Of a stretch of 64,000 bases of DNA, positions 12,501 through 25,049 are shown in pieces. The stretch's first letter is position 1, and each line of letters begins with the position of its first letter. Made by a program: the position numbers and the translations under genes. The stretch is from Styela clava (taxonomy: Eukaryota). Below the pieces are notes generated by a model that saw only the letters and a program-made list of their open reading frames with translations, ran no database searches and was not told where the DNA came from. Where the stretch lies: positions 20,336,001 to 20,400,000 of the forward strand of contig NC_135255.1 of assembly GCF_964204865.1 (NCBI RefSeq). The letters run 5' to 3'.

Positions 12501-13557
12501 GTGTGTTAGTTACGTTATAATTTTTTCATGAACGTACTAATTAATCATAAAGTATGATCTTAAAAAAGGCGTGGGTCACGCTTTATGAATCGTAGGTACG
12601 TGACGCACGACTAATAAAATTAGTAGTCGAGTTGCGTTTTCAATCCAATCACTTTTTCACTTACACTTTTCAGAACAACAATATTAGTACTACATACATG
12701 GATTAACCTAGTTAGAATGTTTTTGATGAGGGTTGGTATTACAATTATTTACATCCTCTGTACGCGGTGCTGTAATCTCTGTCCAAAATTAAACAAATCA
12801 TCCTAAACTTCGAGCGCTTGTAAACTTGCTACTCCTCCCACATTGTCGATATTTGTATCTTATGGAAATATTTTAAGGACCCCCCTAAAGACGAATCTGA
12901 TGTGATTTAATATACCCAATATTTTCAAAGATCACAGCGCTCAGACCATGTCAACACTGCACAAGGGACTGTTCCTAATTCTACTGAGATGGGAAACATC
13001 AGTTCTATGAGACAAAAAGGAACGTCAGGTAATCTGTTAGTAATTTCAAATACAGCATTGGGATATACTAAAAAGTTGCACTTTTCGTATTGAACCGATT
13101 TAAAATCTCAAGGTGTTTTTGTTATTTTCGTTCAACGCTGTTATTGTCGTGTTTATGTATGTCAGTGGAACAACTCTCATGTTAGTGGTTGGTTTTCCGT
13201 CCCAGATTAGATATTTTCGGATTCCAGCAATATCCGGCTCATTTTGAACTATCAATATTTGTTAATAGAACTCATTCGAACCCACAGGCATGTAACTAGA
13301 TCAGTTACTAACTTTTCTGACAAGGTAGGGTACTAAGGTTGATACAGTACTATCCTACTACAACAAAGAATAGGAATTTCAAAATAACATATAGAATATA
13401 TTCAGGTACCGATGGCTACGAAGAAGTTCAAGTCGGGCCATCTGGTGGATATGAAGAGATACGACAAGCAACTGATGGATACGAGAAAGTGCAAATCGGG
13501 GCAACATCTCAGGAACAAGAAAGTGGATATAAAGCCACGTATGTGAACGTTGCATAA
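9563..13557 (+). CDS. Gene 2: class A CUB-domain type-I membrane receptor (acidic TM, ITAM-like tail), apparently intact, 365 aa, 7 exons
   Basis: Exons 9563-9596, 9986-10225, 11087-11302, 11633-11848, 12124-12265, 12931-13028, 13406-13557 splice into an open 1098-nt frame. CUB hallmarks C..NITSGNGAISSPNYP..Y..SANCSW, SDG, GFSIQY; TM LILLLSIPEFIFVLLMIVAGIAFY then RKRR; tail YEEV/YEEI/YEKV/YVNV. Confidence 0.88.
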
Positions 13558-14958
13558 AAATCGAAAGACAAACATTGTGCAACAATACAGTAAAAGATTT
13601 TTTTCATCGACCGACTTCCTAACTACAAAGCTTTTCTATTACTCACTCCAGTGTGGAATTTTAAACGACTTCACAGGGTTGGGTGGTAACTGACTCCAAT
13701 GACCGCATGGTCGTATCGTTGCCACCCAGTATGTACCGAGAACTTTTATATTTCAATCTAATTTCATTTTGTTGTGTATATGTTTCTGGTGGACGAACAA
13801 AATAAACTTTCGCATACGTATGAATTTGTCGTCGTAAAATTATTTCATACTTGAACCGAAATGTTTTAAAATTTGTTTGAAAAATTAGTATCACATTCAA
13901 AAATTTAAATAATTTTGACCAAAGAAAACTTTCATTGAAATGAAAAGCTATTCAAATTTGCTTTATGTTTGATCCATTTACGTATTAGTTCTATTAATAT
14001 TTGCTAATTATAAAGTTTTATACGTTTTTGACAGTCTTTCAAATATTTCACGGGTATAAGTAAGTTGCTGTTACCATCTCGGTGGTCGTTTGTAAATATC
14101 CGCTTGATGCATTTTAATTGATAATAGAAACAATGCTTTGCTTAACCTGTATTAAATGAACTTTGTTGGACTTAAATGAACTTTGGGAATGGGAAAACTT
14201 CTTTTTCATACTTTATCTATTTTACTTATTATTATCAACTATACAAAATCAAGCTTCATTTTAGAAAGACCAAATCAAAGAAATAATGAAATGAAGCCAA
14301 TGTCCTTAGAATGAACTAAGTCAATCTCAATCGAGACAGTCCAAAGCAAGTAAGAGAAATTTCCAAGTAGTCACCAACGATTCGTTCACTCTTAGCAAGA
14401 CTATGGCTTCGAACTCTGGTCTCCAAATTGGATTGGCACTTCACGTATATGGATTCAACTAAACCCCTTGCTTACACAGTTATTGATGTTCAAGAGCCGG
14501 TTTCCGGTTCGGAGTAGCCTGACAAATAGGCCAAGTCCGACCGAAAGTCAATAGGTGTCATTCTATGACATTTATTTATCAATTAAACATAAGTTTCTGC
14601 AACTTACTTGTGAGAATTTGCATGTGTATTATATATTAATAAAAACTTATCGATTGAACTTCAAGGGTGAATAATTTGGCGACGTCGTGGTTCCGGATAT
14701 CAGACCAGGGATATGAATACGCATTGCTATGGCGCCACATTATACATTTTCAATATGTGTTGTTTAGACTATTTTCGCTCCGAACAAGTCCGTGTATAAG
14801 CAGTAATTTGATATGCATGGTACTATATTTCAGAGGACCACAAGCTTCCCATCTAGCAGTGTTCACTAATTTATTGTACTTTGAGCGAGATCAAAAAATG
14901 GGTGGCAATGTTTTGCACAAGACCTTTGGTGGGTCACGGCGTCAACCCTTACGGGTTG
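10470..14958 (+). repeat. Segmental duplication copy 1 (paralog ~41760-45965)
   Basis: Near-identical by eye across introns, exons 3-7 and the 3' flank of genes 2 and 8; boundaries approximate. Confidence 0.85.
10571..10800. mobile_element. MITE with long TIRs (family also at ~2055-2218 and ~21770-21885)
   Basis: CTCCCGTAGTATGTGCACCAAGATG...CATCTTGGTTCACATACTACGGGAG inverted repeat, flanked by ATAAAA on both sides. Absent from the paralogous intron in gene 8 (~41861). Confidence 0.8.
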
Positions 14959-14961
14959 ACG

Positions 14962-17683
14962 GGTCGTTGATCACCATCTTAATTTTAGGTGAGTAAACTT
15001 ACCAAATATCAATAATTAATTGTATTTTAACTAAGCAATAATCTAATAAACAACGTTGACATAAATTTCCTCCATACTTCTGATTAATAAACTTGTATTT
15101 CTCATATTTCATCAATAGCTTTCATCTCACTTTAGTAAAATTCGTCAGAAAACTAGTCGTAGGAAATAAAATACTGCAATATGATGTCAATACTAACCAA
15201 TCGTTCAAAGTTTTATGCCTATACTAATCGAAAAGACATATATTCTTATTTAAATCGAAAACCAAAGGATTCTGCCAAACCGAAACTATTACTATTCTTT
15301 CTACTATCGCATTCCCGTTACTGCTTAGAAAAACAGAATATAAAATTTTTTATTGTCATTTTTTGTCATCCAGGAACTGCAGTCGGTAGCCATGGTTAAT
15401 GTGATAGAAGTGATATGAACATAACATTAGGAAAAGGGCGAATTAAGTTCTCCAAATATTCTCAGAAATACGGAAAATCAGCAAATTGCTCATGGAAATT
15501 TATTCCTTCGGAAGGTTACGCTGTTGTGTTAACAATCACGTATAAGAGGCTTTATAATATTGCAAACTGGAACAAACTATGCTTGGGATCTTACAGGCTT
15601 ATGATAAAAAAACGGTAGGATGAATGAAAATTGTTTTGATCTCCTTCATCTGATCTTGGTCAATTATTTTAAGAGTTGAAAGATATTTACCCCCAAACAA
15701 ATATTTAAATTACATAACTTCAATATGCAATCTTTGTCATCACATCAAGGAGAAGTTAAGTAATATCTTAATTTGTACCTCTCCATGCCCGACGCTCTAG
15801 AAAACTAGAGCAAAATGACTGCGATACGCAAGAATGTACGAGATACAAACATCTTACTGCATTGATCGAACCTTTTGAATACTTCGACTCTATGTGTGGT
15901 GAAGACGCCGGAAATAAGCAAAGCGTTCATGTTCAGTATATATCGGACGGACGAACATATACCGGTTCGGGGACAGTGGCGACTTCTGTAAGGGGTTTCA
16001 GTATCCAGTATATACAAGTTTTCACAATGCCCCACAGTTACAGGTAAACATGCTAAATATTGTTCATTTATGAATTATATACATTTAAACAAAGAAAAGT
16101 AATAATGCACACTTATGATGATTTCCATGACCAATATAATAGATAGATTCAAATCATCTCCAGATTTTTTTTACTGATTTTGATTCCCAACAAGTGATGA
16201 GAAGTGCTTCATGTCACGTGATAGGAATAACTCTAAATCGAGTTTAACCTCGATTTTCTTGTGTGTGTGTTTCTTGTAACAATGTGTACAGGAAAGTAAA
16301 GCAGCATTTCATTTATTTTCATCATCATGCAGCAATCCCCTGCCCGAATACAACTAATGCTCCTATTACCACACAATATCCGGGTTATCCTACAACTGAC
16401 GAAGCCACCACGGGTGAAACTTTACGCTGTAAGGTGGGATCCGGACACTCATACATCCGATGAGACAACTGGGATCGAAAAAGGGAATGAATTAATCACA
16501 ACGTCTGACAAGTTAACATTGAAAACTACCATGGGTAGTACCAGCGGTAGAAATTTTTGAATGGGTGTGTGTAGTTGTTTGCATACTCAGTACGTTTTGT
16601 GTATGGCGTTTACTGTATTACTGATTAGTCGATCGCTAGATATTTTGAAGATTTTGGGCGATTGCAGCCAAAAGCAGGTTGGCCACCCCTGTTATACAAC
16701 GTTATGTATTTTCAACAGAAACAATCAATACAAACACTGATAGAATCTCAAGCACAAGCGGAATGAGTCAAACAACTCTAATTCTCCTCCTCTCCATACC
16801 CGAATTCATCTTCGTTTTACCCATGGTCGTGGGTGGGATTGTATTTTACATGAAAATACGGTGAGTATACTTCATGCTTAGAAATACAGCCGTATACCCA
16901 TTGAAATAACCGATAAATATTGTATTTTATATTCAGGTATTGTGCCCACTATTAATTAAACAAATCATCCTAAACTTCAAGCTAAATATTATAGATTTAC
17001 TCAACTGCCACATTGACGACATTCGTGTCCTATGAAAATATTCTAAGGACTACCTTTATAGATGAAGCTGATGTGATATTATATATTATTATTATTTTAG
17101 ATCACAACGTTCAGACCATGCCAGCACAGCACAAGGGACTGTTTTACTAATTCTACTGAGATCGGAAACATCAGTTCTACGGGACAAAACGAAACGTCAT
17201 CTGGTGATGTGAGATATGCTAGGAAGCTGAACTTTCTTCGCTATAACGTTTTAAAAACTGGGGTTTTATTGATGTTTTAGATTTTCAACGCTTGTTATTG
17301 TCGTCATTTAGGCGTCATTGGAACAAATCTCGTAATATTAGTTTGTTTTCCGTTCTAGTGTACATGTTTCTGATTTCAGCAATGTCCGCGTATATTTCGC
17401 ATTTTGAACTCATTCTAACCGACGTAAATAACTGATGTAATATTAATTGATGTTTCCGAAAAAGTAAGGTACTAAGCAAAAACATTCCTATCTTAATACA
17501 GAGGTAATAGGATTCATGATATATATTCAGATACCGATGGCTACGGAGAAGTTCAAGCTGGGCCCTCTGGTGGATATGAAGAGATACAACCAGCAACTAA
17601 TGAATACGAGAAAGTGCAAATAAGGGCAAATAACTCACAAACAAGACGCCGGATATAAAGCCACGTATATGAACGTTGCATAA
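14962..17683 (+). pseudogene. Gene 3: class A CUB receptor pseudogene
   Basis: Signal exon remnant 14962-14988 lacks ATG; in-frame TAA at 15397-15399 in CUB exon 1; CUB exon 2 acceptor deleted (~15823); frameshifts in CUB exon 2 and the tail exons. TM exon 16719-16860 still reads LLLSIPEFIFVL. Confidence 0.88.
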
Positions 17684-20600
17684 AAGTGCAGTGTACTGTA
17701 AAAGATTTGTCCTTATCGACATAGTTTTCTATTACTCAATTGTGGAACTGTGGATCGACTTCAAACGTATTCAAACGAACCAACATTGAGCCTCATTTAA
17801 GAACAACTAAATCAAAAAAGTAATTGATTGAAGTCAATGATCTCAGAATGAACAAGCTTGTCTGCCTAAACCTAACTCAATCTCAACCAAGACACTTCAT
17901 ATCAAGTAAGAGCATTTCCCGATTAGTCACCAACGATGCGTTCACTCTTAGCAAGAGTCTGGCTTTGAACTTGGGTCTCTATGTTGGCACTTTACATCTA
18001 CGTGTTTACCTATGCCACATACACGGTTGTTGTAGTTCAAAAGTCGGATCTACGGTACCCATCGTCAATATCAGGAGGTTAAAAATTCTAGAATTTTAGA
18101 TTAGATATTAGAACCTTGTGTGTCACTGCTCGATAACCAGCTTTGGTACCCAGCGACGTCCCTTACCCAGTATAACTGTGTGAGGGATATAAATACGCAT
18201 TGCTATAGCGCAACGTTGTACATTTTCGATATGAGGTTTTTACACGATTTTCGATCCTAACAATTCCGTGTATAAGTAGTCATTTAATATGTAAGATACT
18301 ATATTTTAAAGGACCAGAAGTCGGCATTGTTTAATTTATTGTACCATGTGCGAGAGCGAGATCATACACATGAGGTGGCAATATGTCTCACAAAACCTTT
18401 GGTGGGTCACGGCGTCATCCCTTACGGGTTGAACGGACCTAAGCACATGGCCAGGTTGATAAACGGACACGACGTCGTTTTTAGTTATATCTAAATGTTG
18501 GATTGGTTTCTGCTGTCCTCTCAAAGAATATGAGTGAAATTGCATTTTATACATAGATACATTTGAAGGGTTCAAAATGTGTTTATTGAGTTAATGGAAG
18601 CAGGATCAATGGCTTGATTTGTTTGCGTATTGCATAATATAATATACGAAGTACACGTACACGGGTGGTGATTAAATCAAATCCTTCTATGAAAATAATA
18701 GTTGAACTGGCGTAAATTTGAATATGCTGCCCATTGTTATCTTCACACACAAGTACTTGTTGCAAATCTACCAATGATGTCAAATGACAGAGCTTCGTGT
18801 TTCCTTGTTCATTTCGGAAACAGTGTGGGAAGCGAACAAACGTTTTGACATACATAGTCAACCATTAAAGCTTGAAGTTTATCATCAGTTGCTAGTGTGG
18901 GAAGCAAATAATGTTTTGAGCAACATGAGGTTGTCATAATGTTAATGTTAGTTAGAAGTTGCCAGTGTCGATGGCTGGGAATATTCAGCTAGTTGTGAAC
19001 GTTGCAGAAGAGTCAGTATCGTCACAATGGTTGCTGATGTGAGCTTAACTCTATTCGTTTTGGAATTGTACAAATGTCATCGAAACTAGAAACAGTTTCA
19101 GATCTTTTTATATCAAGAAACTATAAAGTGAATTAAAACGATGGGTTCAATATCATATTACCTAAAAACGCAGGGAGGTGGAGTAGGAGTCGTCCTTCAA
19201 AACGGCATCGCTGATTCCCTTAACAAATTGGGGGACAGCAATAGAAGGAAAAATAATTGGAGACGATGGGTTTCCAAATCAAAGTTAGATTCAGCTATGA
19301 ATGTATAAAGAACTAACTTGCGCCGAAATTTTTATGAATAGTCGCAAACGTTATTTTCCTGAAATATACAAAAGTATGCCACTAGGAAGTATTATTTTGT
19401 TGAGGTGCTGATTCAGACTGTTGATTTCGTGTAGAGTAGACAGTTTTAATTGGTGATTGCACCAGACATGCTCATAGTATAGATTTCACGGGTGCGCAAC
19501 TTATATCTCGTGCAATAACAAATCACGACGGGTGCCAAATATGGTATGCTTGCTTGGGGTTGCTGACTTCTAGGCTCGTCGTATTCTATAACTGCGTTGC
19601 GCAAATAAAGTGAAGAGCACATTTGCGTGAATGTATTTGAGAATTCTTGCATATATCTTACTATTGTCTTGCTACAGATCGACAATGAAAACATTGCATT
19701 AAGTATCTCTGGTTGAATCAGTCGGACGTTGGGTTTGTAGAATGAAAATATAAACGATTCGATTAGTTTGTTGTGACTGTGCATGATATGTAGTGAAAGC
19801 CTTATCCGTTAATAGATATGGCACCTATCATGTATGTCTCATGACTGATCTGTCTCTACGAGCTAGATTTGCGAATTAACAATGACGTCAAATACAAACA
19901 AGTCATGTTTTCTTAATCTTTGTAAATGATTCCGGAACATTCGGTCTACTTGTCCGACCTAAAGCAGTTTGTGAGCTTTTATAGCAAAATGAACACTAAA
20001 TACCAGTTGACAAAAACAGTCGCAACATTTCCGAGACGCCAGTTTAGGCATACAGTATTTTATAACACTGAACAGTTAACCGAGTAACAACCAGAGACGT
20101 GTAATCCGAGTCTATCGATGCTTATTTACGAATAAAAACATCTTAACATCGAACTTTTTGCGATTCAACCTCGAAACATCAGTATTACTCAATACATATG
20201 TGCTATGAAGGAGGTATATAATCCATAAATGAATGATTCGCGCTACATAAAGGCAGGTAGCGATGGACAGAAATAACAGCGGATGACGGGTTTCGAATAC
20301 AAATAACGTGCAAATAGAAAGGAGCATTACTTATTTGGTATGTTCCTGGCCCGCTTCGATTTTATTTTTTCCGTCTAACACCCGTCGCCTATTTTGAGCC
20401 AATAGTAAACCTCCCCATCTCTGGCTTTACTTTGATATGTGTTTTCAGGCCGTTCTATAATTTCTGTACTCCCGCAGACCCCCAATGCAGGAGTGTGCAA
20501 CAGGCGACGCACAGCCCACAACCCAGCCCCCAAGCCAGTTGGTGTGGCTCTGGTCAAAACTCAGATTTTTAGAAGTCCGCTGACTGATGAACATTTAACT

Positions 20601-21581
20601 AGTCCGTTAAGGGTTGCTACAACTTTTATCAAAGCTGATGTAAACAAACTATGCAATAACTCGAAATTTCAAGTGTCTTTGTCTCTTTCAAGTCTTCAAC
20701 TTTGCATTCTAAGATGTTTTAAATTCGTTGTGTACATAAATAATCTAATGTTTTTGTGGCCCAGCGAGATGTTTGACGTGTGGTATATGGCCCGCCGACA
20801 ATAATGTTGCATACCCCTGCCCTAATAGATATAACTTCTCAATCTGATTAGCTTCCGAAGCAAAACGATGTGATTTGTTATGATGCTAACTAATTCTCTC
20901 TAGCATTCAATTAAATATTTACACAAAGTTACGTCGTAATCGTAATATCCATCACGTTTAAGGAAGAAGGTCTGTATGTTCTTTTCTCTGGATAGGCTGA
21001 TGTTCATGTTAATAGAGGATCATTCTAACCGTGCTCAAATACTTTTTGTGACAGTATGTTTTAGGAAGCGCATGCCTACGGGATTCGGTCAACGGGTATG
21101 GGCACCTTTTATACAATCATGACCAGTCAATATCTACCCGCCAGGTTAGTTATTGCAAATTACTATTGATGTCGAACATAAACAAACCTTGTTTTCTTAA
21201 TCTTTGTAAAATCATTCTATGAAAAACACATTCTATCTGACTCAGTAAGATAAAGGTTTGTGAGGAGTTTACTTGGCATGAAGGAAGGTAATAGAGAAAT
21301 GAACATTGAATATAGCAGTTGGCAGAAATAGTCAAAACAATGCTGAGAGACCAGTGCACCCATATCGAATTTTGTATTACAGATTCGTTGCAAAGCGCTC
21401 GGGTTACGAACGGTGCTCTTGAATAATCAAGAATATGTATCGAAGTTAGGGCATGTTCATCTCAGCAACATCGGCATAATAAAATCTTGCCTTACAATTA
21501 ATTTTGACAAAAAGCGATTCTTTTGATATTAAGTTTTTTTTTGCTTTCTTACTTAGAACTAAAAAGATTAATCGAATTAAA

Positions 21582-24500
21582 ATGATTTGGTCGTTGATCG
21601 CCATCTTGATTCTAGGTAAAGTTATATAAGTGTTACTAATTAATTATATTCTAACTTAGCAATAAACAAACAAACAACTTTGACAGAAATTTATTCTATA
21701 TCTCGGATAGATAAACTTTTATTTCTTATTAATAGTCAACCAGTAATCATTTTTCCTCTCATTCTTATTTCGGAGCTCCAAAAGTATGTGCACCAAGATG
21801 GCGCACAACCTGAACATAGTATGTGTGTACCGGTTTGGATTCAGGTTGTGTGACATCTTGATGCACATACTTCTGGAGAACCATCATTTCATTTATAGCT
21901 TTCGTCGAAATTTGGAAAAATCTGTCAGAAAACAATTCGTACGAAATAAAATAATGTACTATGATGCTAATCATTTGTTCAAAGTGTTATGCCTATACTA
22001 ATCCAGAACACATCAAATCTTATTAAAATAGAAAACTGAAGGCTTACTCCTGACCATTCTACTATCGCATTCCCGTTACTGCCATGAAAAATTTCCTGAT
22101 AGCATATACAATTATCTCATTGTCATTTTCTGAATCCTAGGCGCTGTAGCCCGTGGCAATGGTCAATGTCATGGAGAGGCGATGAGCATAACATCAGAAA
22201 ACGGCGAAATAGATTCTCCGGATTATGATAACGAATACGGAAAATCAGCAAATTGCTCATGGAAATTCACTCCTGCGGAAGGTTACGCTCTTGTGTTAAC
22301 AATCACGTATCAGAGGCTTTATATTCTTGACATAACGAGCAACAATAATCCAAAAAAATATTGTTTGGGATCGTACAACCTCACTATAAACAACGGTTGG
22401 TATCATATTATTAGAAAATAGTTTTAAAAGATCGATTCCCTGTACGACATATGCCAATTCCGATTTTTCTTGGGGGCGTTTAGGTCACTCGAGATTTCGA
22501 ATTTACTAATATCGATGTGGTGAAGCGTCCACCTTGCTTTAGGCATTGGTGAATATAATTGAATTAAAAGAACGTCTTGGGGTAATTGGTTTGATCGCAT
22601 AGAAGTATTTCGCAAAGTGATTTGCTATTTTACCTTGCGCATGACAAAACTGAAAGAATTTTATTCAGATACTCAGGAATGTAGGAGATACATTGATACC
22701 AGATATTCTACTACAATGCCCTTTCAATATTTCGACACGATGTGCGGTGAAGACAAAGAAAATAAATCAAGTGTTCATGTTCAGTATATATCTGATGGAC
22801 GAACATATAACGGTACTGAAAAAGTGCAAACCGTATCAATGGGTTTCAGAATTCATTACAAGTTTTTAGAATGTCCCACGACTGCTGGTAAATATTGATG
22901 AAAACATAGACAAACCGTAAATTAAGCTTTTATCCTTTTAACTATACATAAAATTTCTTCGACTTTGATGAGTACCTCGCTTTGCGTAAGAATTGTAATT
23001 TCGAAACTAATATGAAAATGCATACATTTTTTTATTCGAATGAAGACGAATCCGCAATTATACAAAAATAGCAGTTTCAAGCAATTACCTTAAAAAATAT
23101 ACTTCACCTTGATATAATCCTTTTCTTAGAAACAACAACTGATCATGTCCTAACAAGTATTTTGGAAGGAAGCTCCTACATAGAACAAACAGGTACCACC
23201 TTTGAGGACAACCGTACTCTTTCTACTAAAGGTAAGTAGGTACCCCATGGACGTTTGCTGCAATGCGTACAATCAAGACTACACAGGCTCTGGCAACAAT
23301 AAAAACTTCCATTTTTATTGTAATGATTTTGTTAATTACATCAGGTAAATTAAATATCGCGAAAATCAAAACCTTGGTAAGTCAGGATTGGAAAAGCCAT
23401 TATTTTTTAACAATGTTTGTCAGGCTATGGTTCACAATTTAGGACAGAATTCGACTGCAATGAAAATCGTAAAAGATCCCAATAGATTTATCACATTACG
23501 GGTCAGTTGGCGCATGATATCGTAATTCAAAAATTTATTATCAATATTTAATTGCGTTGGTAAATTGTTTTCTTAAGTTTTATTAAAAATGGAACCAACC
23601 ATAAACCATACAATGATGGTGTCGGGTTTCAAAACCAATACAAGCCACTTTATTAATGTTATTATAACAGACACAGAAAACAATGACGTTGGAACTTTCA
23701 GCGAAACTGACGGCGCCAACTCACATGGAATAAGTGATACTGCAAAGCTTTTCCTCGTTTCTATCCCAGGATTCATTGGCATTATATTACTTGCGGTGAC
23801 TGCAATCGTATTCTGCAGAAAGAGAATGTAATTAACTCTTATTGAGTACTTCCTTGATTAGCCAATAAATATTTGTCTTGGTTATATACGTAAAGAAATA
23901 CCAACTGGTCAAATGAAGCGTAAGCTAAACGGATATATTGCATGGGTGCAATGACCTAGTGGGGATGGCGTCGGACTGTAAGAGTCGTTGATATTATATT
24001 TCATATACAACCGTACACCAGCCATCTAGTAACTTATACATTCGCAATCGCGAATCATTATTATTATCGTGACTGCCTGTCGGGAACCTTGTTCATAGGA
24101 AAGTCTAAAAACGCCTATAGCGGCAGAATTCATCCAAGATAGGATTATATGAAATCGTTGTATACGGTCAAGTCGAATATGATTAAAACAACAAAATATA
24201 GGTCCCGAATATCATCGTAATAATATAAGAATATTTGTTAACAGGGACAAATATCAAGAAAACAAAAATGTCGAACAAGACAATGTAGGCGGAAATAAGA
24301 TGGAAAATGCTGAATCTCCAATCAAAGAATCGGACCAAGACACTGCTGCAGGTAAGAACTTATTTAATGGATCTTAATACGAGAACACATTCCAGGTTGA
24401 CTAAAATCTTATATCTAAAACTTGCTCTTTTATTTTAAAAACGTTTCACTCTCGAAAGGAAGCATAGAGTACAAAAAACTAAGCTTTATAAGCCTTGAAC

Positions 24501-25049
24501 ATCATGAATTCTTACGGAAACGACAGTGTACGGTTGTTTTGATTGAAAAATAATTGTCAAGTTGCAAAGTCATAAAAATTTGCCTAAAAACAGGAACAGT
24601 TTAAATCAAAGCGAAATTAAATATCAATGCTTAATTCAGCTGAAAATGATGAACCGGCAAATTCAACAATTCAAGATGAGGAAGGTCCATATACTATCAT
24701 GTATTCTGCACTTTCACGACAAGACGAAGAAGGTAATAAAAAGAGAACCATATGTGGTAGACTGAATATTTTGACGACAAAAACATACCAGTGATAAAGA
24801 TTACAAATTAATAATTTAATGCGTTTACATAACGTGACATATATTAATGTTTTTAGAAGCATTTTGCATTGGCCTAAGCATCCTTGAAATCGCAGGTAGA
24901 AATATTTCGATACATCAATTACCATATATACTTTTATTTCAGATGTGAAGGAAAACTCAGAAATTAAAGAAGACGGGCACAAATACGACATGTATTCAGC
25001 CGTTGTAAGAAAGATAGAAAGAGGTGACAAAGAGACGATTCATGTGTGA
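21582..25049 (+). CDS. Gene 4: class B CUB-domain type-I membrane receptor (ITIM tail), apparently intact, 357 aa, 8 exons
   Basis: Exons 21582-21615, 22141-22395, 22669-22887, 23130-23231, 23671-23827, 24245-24351, 24640-24732, 24943-25049 give an open 1074-nt frame. TM LFLVSIPGFIGIILLAVTAIVFC; tail GPYTIMYSAL...KYDMYSAVV...ETIHV*. Confidence 0.88.
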
